Of a stretch of 24,000 bases of DNA, positions 16,278 through 23,327 are shown piece after piece. Where the stretch lies: positions 31,549 through 55,548 of the forward strand of contig NZ_HG005296.1 in the NCBI RefSeq assembly GCF_000455285.1. Direction: 5' to 3'. The notes beneath the pieces are model-generated. The model did no database searches. It was not told the origin of the DNA and saw only the letters and a list, made by a program, of their open reading frames with translations. The first letter of the stretch is position 1, and each line of letters starts with the position of its first letter. The position numbers and the translations under genes were made by a program. The stretch is from Candidatus Stoquefichus massiliensis AP9. Lineage in GTDB: Bacteria; Bacillota_I; Bacilli_A; Erysipelotrichales; Coprobacillaceae.

Positions 16278-18192
16278 GCGTTTTCTCCTTTGTGATTTTA
16301 CAAATAAATTCATTATAATTTTTTGATTCCAATAAATCTGAAAAATGTCCAGCTTCACCAATAGCTTGACTCAACCAATCAAAGAACATTTTTAAAATAT
16401 CATGATCTTCTTCATTGATTGCAAGCAATATCACTAATTTCACTTTAAATGAACCCCAATCAATAGGATTTTTAAGGATTGCAACAGATAATGTTGGTGT
16501 ATTCACATAGTCTCCAAATGAGTGTGGTGTTGCAAATGAATAAGCAAATGATGTTGGCGACATATCCTCTCTTTTGAGAACACCTTTTTTAAAAAACTTA
16601 TTGACGACTCCACCTTCATAAAGCTGATCACATAAATATTCAATAACATCATGTGAAGTTTTTTTATCTAAATCCATATAAAAATATTTAGGATCTATTA
16701 ATTGTGTAATCTTCTGATTAAAAACAATTTGAAATCTTTTCTTTTCTAATTTTGATAAAGCCTGAAAAATCATTGATTCATCTTCATTATTAATAAACAT
16801 ACTAACTTGAATTGTTAAGATATCTAATTCATGAGAAAGAGGTGTTGTTGTGATTAAAAGATCGGGATTTAAAGCTAAGACTTTGGCTTCTTCAAATAAT
16901 GACAAAGTTTCTACTATTTCAAGTCTTTCTCCAAATGTTGATTCAATCTTTTTTTGACCTAAAGATGAAAAGTTTTGATCATAAGGAATAATCATGACTG
17001 CCTTAAATTTACTATTTCTATTTAATCTTTCATAAGCTGCTCCAAAATGTAATGCAATAAAACCCATTTCTGATTCATTAATTTGTATATTTAATCTTTC
17101 TTCTAAAGCTTTTCCTACTGAGACACCCATCTCAAAGACTAATGGATAATTTCTTTTAATATCATGAATAAAAAGATTATCAGCATTAACATGATGTTTA
17201 TATCTATCTATAAGTCCTTGTAAATGCATCTTTAACCCTGCCATAAAATCATCATCTTCATGAAATTGTACATGTAATTTCTTTTCTATTGGTGTGACGA
17301 CTTCTTCTAGTAATTGATCCATATCAATATGAGTCTCTTCTATTTCTAAATAATCAGGTTGATATTGTCCACTCTTATTAGAAAATAGCAAAGCTAATAA
17401 ACATGTTTCATCTTCATGAATTTCTATAGGAATATCTTGTTTCAATCTTTCAAAATATTCTTTAGCAATTTTGTATTCAATACTCTTTAATAATTTTTCA
17501 TTTTTTCTTTCTGTTGTATAAAAACGACAATTTAGCATTCTTTCAATACTAATACCAATATGTAAAATGAGCATAGGAAACATTGTATCTTTAATGATAT
17601 ATTGATTTTCTTTTAATACATCAACAAGTATATCTGTCGCATTGATTAAATCAAAATCTTTATAAAACATTGCTAATTTATTTAAATTCAAGAAATTACC
17701 TTGTGTTTCATTAGATAATAACTCTTTATATAATTTTCTTTTTTCTATTTCATCACCTTTTAAATAGATATAATTCTTAGAACGAACAAGTTTAAGATGA
17801 GGATATCTTTCTAATGTCTTACGGACTTTCTTTATATCATTTTCAATCGAATAACCACTTACAAAGATATCTTCTTGTAAAAATGTTAAATTCACACCAT
17901 CTTCATGAATTAACAATTGTTGGATTAAATATGTACATCTTTGAGCTGGTGTTTGAGGAATATCAACTTGAGCATCCACATAGATTTGATTATATTTATC
18001 TAAATCAAGAAAATAACCTGTTCGAATATTAGACAAAATCAACTCCTCTTTAAAATGTTTATTAATGGCATCAATATCTGAACGTATAGTCCTATCTGAA
18101 ACACTCATAAGTCTTGCAAGTTCCTTACCTGTAATCCATTCTTTATTCTCATAAAAGATAGATATAATGCGTTCCTGTCTTTTGTTGAGCAT
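16258..18192 (-). CDS. PRD-domain PTS regulator, LicR/MtlR/ManR type (HTH + Mga-like HTH + 2 PRD + EIIB-like + EIIA-like domains)
   Basis: 644 aa. N-terminal winged HTH (ITGKELARLMSVSDRTIRSDIDAINKHF), central PRD-like helical repeats, and a C-terminal EIIA(Mtl/Fru)-like region (SFATPHSFGDYV...VILLAINEED). Confidence 0.85.
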   Translation of the reverse strand: MLNKRQERIISIFYENKEWITGKELARLMSVSDRTIRSDIDAINKHFKEELILSNIRTGYFLDLDKYNQIYVDAQVDIPQTPAQRCTYLIQQLLIHEDGVNLTFLQEDIFVSGYSIENDIKKVRKTLERYPHLKLVRSKNYIYLKGDEIEKRKLYKELLSNETQGNFLNLNKLAMFYKDFDLINATDILVDVLKENQYIIKDTMFPMLILHIGISIERMLNCRFYTTERKNEKLLKSIEYKIAKEYFERLKQDIPIEIHEDETCLLALLFSNKSGQYQPDYLEIEETHIDMDQLLEEVVTPIEKKLHVQFHEDDDFMAGLKMHLQGLIDRYKHHVNADNLFIHDIKRNYPLVFEMGVSVGKALEERLNIQINESEMGFIALHFGAAYERLNRNSKFKAVMIIPYDQNFSSLGQKKIESTFGERLEIVETLSLFEEAKVLALNPDLLITTTPLSHELDILTIQVSMFINNEDESMIFQALSKLEKKRFQIVFNQKITQLIDPKYFYMDLDKKTSHDVIEYLCDQLYEGGVVNKFFKKGVLKREDMSPTSFAYSFATPHSFGDYVNTPTLSVAILKNPIDWGSFKVKLVILLAINEEDHDILKMFFDWLSQAIGEAGHFSDLLESKNYNEFICKITKEKTHEKTYN

Positions 18193-18254
18193 ATATATAC
18201 CTCACTTTCCTACTCATTATAACAATTTTCTTTATTATTCTCTGTTATCTTTAT

Positions 18255-18271
18255 TTCCTAACTATTAGGAA
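18255..18271. promoter_or_regulatory. Operator palindrome S6 (TTCCTAACTATTAGGAA) upstream of the PRD regulator gene
   Basis: 17-bp inverted repeat, 33 nt from a minus-strand extended -10 TGTTATAAT (18216..18224). Geometry is identical to the EIIC promoter. Confidence 0.6.
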
Positions 18272-18670
18272 ATAATTATTAAATTTTAACATTTATTTCC
18301 TAATAGAATATACAAACAAAAGAAAATCAGGTCAAGAACTTTTCATTCTAAAATGATACTCTCATAAAAAAAGAACGACAGTGATATATAAGTGTTACCT
18401 ATACTATCACCATAGTTCAATTTTCATATAGTATGAATGATTTCTTTGTCTAACATTTCTATTGATTATTAACCTTTTTATTTATTTTCCAATATCCTCT
18501 TTTACTATATCCTAGATTCTTTAATTTCTCAATCGAATTGAAGTCGAATTCCTACTCACACCTACAAGTTTAGAGACTGGACATTTATTCTAACAAAAAA
18601 AGCCATTATGACATTAACTTATCATATATAGCTCCATTGAGTAAAACAATAAATTTTCACTTTTAACGAC

Positions 18671-19132
18671 TTAATCACACTTTTCAGGGCATTCCTTTGT
18701 TTGATCTTTATAATATTCTTTCTTTATATCAGTAAATTGTGGACAGAAGTCACTATTATCACATTCTTGAAGTCTTCTTAATTCACGAGGAATAAAAGCT
18801 CTAATTTCTTCTGCATTATAACCAACTTGAAATCTTCTTTCATCTATAATAATAGGTCTTTTCAATATAGATGGATTTTCTTGTATAAAATGAATCAACT
18901 GATTCACTGACATATCGTCAATATCAACCTTATTTTCTTTAATGATCTTGGATCTTTTAGAAATAATATCATCAGTACCATTCTCACTTCTTTCAAGAAG
19001 TTCTCTTAATTCTGCTTCTCTTAATAATGTTGAAAAAATATTCTTTTCTACATAAGGAATTTGATGGTCTTTTAGCCAGGCTTTGACCTTTCGGCATGAG
19101 GCACAGCTTGGTGCGGTATATATTCTAATCAT
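18671..19132 (-). CDS. spx: Spx/ArsC-family redox-sensing transcriptional regulator with Cys-rich C-terminal extension
   Basis: MIRIYTAPSCASCRKVKAWL (CxxC), then RSKIIKE and RPIIIDERRFQVGYNAEEIRAFIPR, aligning along Spx as I recall it. It is 153 aa versus about 131 aa for B. subtilis Spx. RBS AAGGAG 8 nt upstream. Confidence 0.85.
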   Translation of the reverse strand: MIRIYTAPSCASCRKVKAWLKDHQIPYVEKNIFSTLLREAELRELLERSENGTDDIISKRSKIIKENKVDIDDMSVNQLIHFIQENPSILKRPIIIDERRFQVGYNAEEIRAFIPRELRRLQECDNSDFCPQFTDIKKEYYKDQTKECPEKCD

Positions 19133-19201
19133 AACATCATCTCCTTGCCTTACTATTATACATCATTTTCTACATTTATGAAATTCTTTTTTGATATTCT
19201 A

Positions 19202-19230
19202 TTGATTTTTGATAGAAACAATTCTATAAT
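19202..19230 (+). promoter_or_regulatory. Sigma-A-type promoter of the trpS leader
   Basis: TTGATT (19202..19207), 17-nt spacer, TATAAT (19225..19230). Confidence 0.6.
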
Positions 19231-19236
19231 GTCATT

Positions 19237-19450
19237 AAGACAAAGAAGGAATGAAGTAGTTTATAACAGATGCAGATAGAAAACTTGTGGTTGATGGAAA
19301 CAAGTCATTATTATAGATGAATTGGGATTCTGGAGTTATAGATGGCATGAGTCATTTATCGTTAATCGCGTTAAGATGAAAGAGCATATCAAATGATATG
19401 AATAAAGGTGGTACCGCGTTTATAACGTCCTTTTAGAGGGCGTTTTTATA
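19237..19450 (+). promoter_or_regulatory. T-box riboswitch leader, tryptophan specifier
   Basis: Stem I base TATAAC (19262..19267) / GTTATA (19335..19340). UGG followed by A (19331..19334) sits at the 3' end of the specifier loop. T-box sequence AAAGGTGGTACCGCG at 19404..19418. Terminator AACGTCC (19424..19430) / GGGCGTT (19438..19444) plus a T-run. Directly upstream of trpS. Confidence 0.85.
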
Positions 19451-19468
19451 TTTAAGGAGGAAATTGAT

Positions 19469-20458
19469 ATGAAAAGAATGTTAAGTGGAATTAAACCAAC
19501 TGGTCGTGTGACTTTAGGAAACTATATTGGAGCTATTAAACCTTTTGTTTCTTATCAGGATGAATATGAAATGTTTATCTTTATTGCGAATCTTCATTCT
19601 ATGACCATTTATCAGGAACCAGCTGAATTAAGAAAAAACACAAAAGATTTAATTGCTTTATATATTGCAGCTGGATTAGATCCAGAAAAAGTGACTTTAT
19701 TTTTACAATCTGATGTTTTAGAACATGCTCAACTTGGTTGGTATTTAGGGTGTATGGTAACAATGGGTGAATTATCACGTATGACTCAATATAAAGATAA
19801 AGTTGCTAAAAACGAGGTTATTGGAGCTGGTATATTTAATTATCCTTCGTTAATGAATGCTGATATCTTAATGTATGATCCTGACTATGTGCCAGTTGGA
19901 GAAGATCAAAGACAGCATGTTGAGTTATGTAGAGATATTGCTGAAAAATTCAATTCTCGTTATAGCGAAACATTTAAACTACCTGAACCATTAATAGCTA
20001 AGGTTGGTGGAAGAATCATGGATTTACAGAATCCAACAAAGAAAATGTCTAAGTCTGATGAAGCTGGAAAAGGAACGATTTATATTTTAGATGATATCAA
20101 TATTTCTAAAAAGAAAATCAAATCCGCTGTTACTGATAGCGATGCACATATTCACTATGATCCAGAAAACAAACCAGGTATATCTAACTTACTAGAAATC
20201 TATTCTATTCTTTCTAATCGTTCTATTGATGATTTAGTAAAACAATATGATGGAAAAGGATATGGTGAATTTAAAACTGATCTTGCCGAAGTTGTAGGTA
20301 CTGAACTTGAAAAAATACAAGCACGTTATAAAGAAATCACAACAGGAAGTTATTTAGATGATATTTTAGAAGCAGGTGCTAATAAAGCAAGACCTATTGC
20401 TAGAAAGAAATTGGCTAAAGTTGAAAGAAAAATTGGTATTACTATTAAAAAAAGATAA
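19469..20458 (+). CDS. trpS: Tryptophan--tRNA ligase
   Basis: 329 aa. N-terminal SGIKPTG..TLGNYIGA (HIGH-like region), GEDQRQH, and a KMSKS motif (KKMSKSD). RBS AAGGAGG upstream. Confidence 0.95.
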   Translation: MKRMLSGIKPTGRVTLGNYIGAIKPFVSYQDEYEMFIFIANLHSMTIYQEPAELRKNTKDLIALYIAAGLDPEKVTLFLQSDVLEHAQLGWYLGCMVTMGELSRMTQYKDKVAKNEVIGAGIFNYPSLMNADILMYDPDYVPVGEDQRQHVELCRDIAEKFNSRYSETFKLPEPLIAKVGGRIMDLQNPTKKMSKSDEAGKGTIYILDDINISKKKIKSAVTDSDAHIHYDPENKPGISNLLEIYSILSNRSIDDLVKQYDGKGYGEFKTDLAEVVGTELEKIQARYKEITTGSYLDDILEAGANKARPIARKKLAKVERKIGITIKKR

Positions 20459-20486
20459 GAAGATTTCAATGAAATCTTCTTTTTTC
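20457..20486. terminator. Bidirectional terminator between trpS and the hydrolase gene
   Basis: Stem AAGAAGATTT (20457..20466) / AAATCTTCTT (20472..20481), 5-nt loop, T-run 20482..20485, A-rich on the other side. Confidence 0.7.
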
Positions 20487-21236
20487 TTACTTGATAAAGT
20501 TTTTAACAACCATAGCAAATTCCTCTGCTTGTGATAACAATGCAGGATGCTCTCCTATTTTGAACATGTAGATTTGACCATGTCCAACGATTTTTATCAT
20601 TTTCTGATATTCTTCATATAAATCAGATCTAAGCATTTTATCTTCAAAACTTCCAGTTAACAATAACGAATTTTTAAAGCAACTCAGTTTTTTATGAAAC
20701 AACGGCTTTTGCAGTTTAGCCAATTGCAATAATGATTGTGTGTTCGCTTCAACAACATCACGCCAATCATCTCCTTGACACCATTGATAAAATTGACAAG
20801 CCAAAGGATCATTCACTGCAAATTGACGTTCATGTATTAATTCCTCAGAAAAATAATCATGTAACTTTCTTCCATCAAAACTATCTGCAATCACTGCTCC
20901 AAATAAATCTGGTCTTTCTAAAGCAGCATTCATTGCTGACCATGCACCACCACTTGTTCCAATTAAATGAACATTTTGATAATCCAAATGTTCTATTAAT
21001 GCAATGGTTTGCAATGCCTGATCATACCATAATTCTATTGGAAATTGCTCAACCCTTTCAGATTGGCCATTGCCTAGAAAATCTATCATAATCATTTGAA
21101 AATCATCCTGATAGAGTGGTAATAGTAATTCAAACATTTTTGATGATGCTGTATCTCCATGTAAAAACATAAGTGGCTGTCCACTGCCTAAAATTTGATA
21201 ATATATTGATTTGTTATGATATTGAAAATATGACAT
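20487..21236 (-). CDS. Alpha/beta-fold serine hydrolase, substrate unknown
   Basis: 249 aa. HG oxyanion region (MFLHGDTASS), nucleophile elbow GTSGGA, and a C-terminal GEHPA His. RBS AGGAGGA at 21244..21250. Confidence 0.8.
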   Translation of the reverse strand: MSYFQYHNKSIYYQILGSGQPLMFLHGDTASSKMFELLLPLYQDDFQMIMIDFLGNGQSERVEQFPIELWYDQALQTIALIEHLDYQNVHLIGTSGGAWSAMNAALERPDLFGAVIADSFDGRKLHDYFSEELIHERQFAVNDPLACQFYQWCQGDDWRDVVEANTQSLLQLAKLQKPLFHKKLSCFKNSLLLTGSFEDKMLRSDLYEEYQKMIKIVGHGQIYMFKIGEHPALLSQAEEFAMVVKNFIK

Positions 21237-21242
21237 TTTCTT

Positions 21243-21353
21243 GTCCTCCTAATCTTAATTGTTGATTAGCAGGACTTATAACACTTAAGTCCTGCTTAGT
21301 GTTATGGCATCCAGATCCCCATGATGATTCACCTCTTTGTTCACATCATAACA
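21243..21353 (-). promoter_or_regulatory. Candidate attenuation leader: extended -10, 6-codon uORF (MGIWMP), two mutually exclusive hairpins, anti-RBS pairing
   Basis: Minus-strand elements in order. TGTTATGAT at 21345..21353. RBS GAGGTG at 21330..21335. uORF at 21302..21322. Stem a/a' is ATAACACT (21298..21305) / AGTGTTAT (21278..21285). Stem b/b' is AGCAGGACTTA (21286..21296) / TAAGTCCTGCT (21268..21278). GTCCTGCTAA (21266..21275) can pair 9/10 with TTAGGAGGAC (21243..21252). Confidence 0.3.
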
Positions 21354-21379
21354 TAGAATATAATTCATTTCTATATATC

Positions 21380-21946
21380 TTATCTTTTTTGAATTAACTC
21401 TTTATATAAGAGTTCATGCAATGAAGAATAGCCTTTATCAATTTTATGTTTTAATGCTAAATATTGTTCACTAGGTCCTTCTTCTTTAATATTTAATTGA
21501 TCACATAATTCTAAAAACAACTCATAGTGAACAACAAATATTTCATCAATCACTTCTTCTATACAAATTTTCTTCATTCTCTCTTCTCTTGTTAAACCAA
21601 ACTCCTTTTCATACGCTTCCTCTATAATACGATAATCAAAATAAGTAAACCCTAATGACATCACAATATGATTAATCATATCTCTTTGTACATAAGATAC
21701 AGTTCCTCTCCGTGATATTCTTTGATCCTTTATCTCAATAACAACACTATAATGTCCATCACCCACTATAAAGCAACTATCCTCTTTATTTGATAAAGAC
21801 ATTTGTGCATAAATAAAATCATGTAATTGTTCTAAAGTCACACGATAAATTGGTAAATAATAAAACTCTTCATAACAATCATCATCTTGCCATTCATAGG
21901 GTTCAAGTAACTCCTCATCATCATATACAAAATTAACTAAAAACAT
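21380..21946 (-). CDS. YjbA-like protein (UPF0736/DUF3603-like), function unknown
   Basis: 188 aa, acidic. The N-terminus FLVNFVYDDEELLEPYEWQDDD resembles, from memory, the VWVNWFEGEENGYNV..YEWRKDD start of B. subtilis YjbA. yjbA also neighbours trpS in B. subtilis. RBS AGGGGG 6 nt upstream. Confidence 0.5.
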   Translation of the reverse strand: MFLVNFVYDDEELLEPYEWQDDDCYEEFYYLPIYRVTLEQLHDFIYAQMSLSNKEDSCFIVGDGHYSVVIEIKDQRISRRGTVSYVQRDMINHIVMSLGFTYFDYRIIEEAYEKEFGLTREERMKKICIEEVIDEIFVVHYELFLELCDQLNIKEEGPSEQYLALKHKIDKGYSSLHELLYKELIQKR

Positions 21947-22092
21947 ATTTAACCCCCTGTTTTCTATTTTATGTTTAGTATTCCTTAAAAATGATTAAAT
22001 ATAAATCTTTCTAGGTTTTTTCATAAATTTCGTATATAATAGTTTTAAGAAATGATATCTTTTATAAGCATTAATATGAGAGGAGTTATCTT

Positions 22093-22929
22093 ATGGAGTT
22101 ATTACAGAATATTCTTGTTTATGGAATTTTAGGAGCAATACAGGGCTTTAGTGAACCTATTCCTATTTCAAGTAGTGGACATTTGGTTATATTTAAAAAT
22201 ATCTTTGAACACTTTGGGTGGAATTTTCCTAAAACTGATATTACTTTTGAAGTTCTTGTTAATACTGGATCATTATTAGCGATTATGTTTTACTACCGTA
22301 AAGATATCGCAAGACTGTTTGTTTCTTTCTTTAGCTATATTTTTAAAGCTGAGAAAAGAGATGCTGTACTACCTGATTTTCGCTATTGTATGTTGTTGAT
22401 AGTGGCAACTATCCCTGCAGCCATTGGTGGTGTTTTATTGAATGATTATATTGAAGAAGCTTTTTCTAATGTCAAACTAGTTGGGTGTACGCTACTCATA
22501 ACTGCTGTCTTTTTAATGCTTATTCATAAATATGGCTATAAAGGAAAAAGAACAAAAAGAAAATTAAACTTATGGGATGCTTTACGTATGGGATGTTTTC
22601 AATTAGTTGCTCTATTACCAGGTATTTCTCGTAGTGGTTCAACCATTACAGGTGGTATGTTAGGTGGATTAGAGCAAAAGACAGCAAGAGATTTTTCTTT
22701 CTTTATGTTTATGCCAGTAAGTTTAGGGGCAATTATTCTTAAAATAAAAGATTTTGCAACCCCTGCTTTGTCTACACTTTGGTTACCATATTTGATTGCT
22801 TTTATAATTAGTGGTATTGTGACTTATTTAGCATTACAATTATTATTTAGTATTTTAAATAAACATAAAATGAATTATTTTTCTGTATATTGTTTAGCAA
22901 TGGGATTGTTTGCATTAATCGTACTTTAA
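22093..22929 (+). CDS. uppP: Undecaprenyl-diphosphate phosphatase (BacA/UppP)
   Basis: 278-aa membrane protein with ISSSGH and PGISRSGSTI signature motifs. Confidence 0.92.
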   Translation: MELLQNILVYGILGAIQGFSEPIPISSSGHLVIFKNIFEHFGWNFPKTDITFEVLVNTGSLLAIMFYYRKDIARLFVSFFSYIFKAEKRDAVLPDFRYCMLLIVATIPAAIGGVLLNDYIEEAFSNVKLVGCTLLITAVFLMLIHKYGYKGKRTKRKLNLWDALRMGCFQLVALLPGISRSGSTITGGMLGGLEQKTARDFSFFMFMPVSLGAIILKIKDFATPALSTLWLPYLIAFIISGIVTYLALQLLFSILNKHKMNYFSVYCLAMGLFALIVL

Positions 22930-22956
22930 AAGATGGTTGAAATTCAACCATCTTTT
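22928..22956. terminator. Bidirectional hairpin after uppP
   Basis: Perfect palindrome AAAAGATGGTTGA (22928..22940) / TCAACCATCTTTT (22944..22956). It contains the stop codon of the convergent 127-codon ORF. Confidence 0.55.
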
Positions 22957-23327
22957 AACATACTATTTTCTTTATGCTTAAGATACATAGCAACTGCTTT
23001 TTTATAAATTAATTTTTGTTTAAGTAGATTCATATAATATTCATTATAATCATCTAATTGTTCCAAATCTATCCAACAACAATAACCATTTTTTTGATTA
23101 ATTGTTGGATATAACCATTGACTATTGATTAAAATAGGCTTTTTATAGCCTATTTTACCTTTATTTTTGATGATATAACTTTGAATATTCTCAATGATTA
23201 TTTCACTATGTCCATCAGCATAGTACACCCTTAAATAAACATCATAACGTTCAACTAATACAATAACATTATGACTTAGATACAATAACTTCGACTTCAA
23301 TAAGTGCACCTTTAGGAAGTTTTGCAA
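22944..23327 (-). CDS. Hypothetical protein, start uncertain
   Basis: A 127-codon open frame in very AT-rich DNA, where random stops are frequent, argues for coding. No family recognised. The listed start is TTG, 59 nt inside ridA. There is no in-frame ATG until far downstream. Confidence 0.35.
   Translation of the reverse strand: MQNFLKVHLLKSKLLYLSHNVIVLVERYDVYLRVYYADGHSEIIIENIQSYIIKNKGKIGYKKPILINSQWLYPTINQKNGYCCWIDLEQLDDYNEYYMNLLKQKLIYKKAVAMYLKHKENSMLKDG

Noticed and set aside
17814-18032. Plus-strand 72-aa ORF inside the PRD regulator gene
   Set aside because: It is an antisense shadow ORF with no supporting signals.
18297-18308. TTCCTAATAGAA as a seventh operator
   Set aside because: Only one half-site matches and no TAGGAA partner sits at the correct spacing. 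It is kept only as a note in the intergenic-region finding.
19323-19325. Alternative UGG (in TTGGGA) as the T-box specifier codon
   Set aside because: The UGG at 19331..19333 sits immediately before the conserved purine and the 3' strand of the Stem I base. That is the canonical specifier position.
20732-21091. Plus-strand 119-aa ORF inside the alpha/beta hydrolase gene
   Set aside because: It is antisense to a CDS with an intact catalytic triad context. The translation is His/Leu/Gln-rich with no motif.
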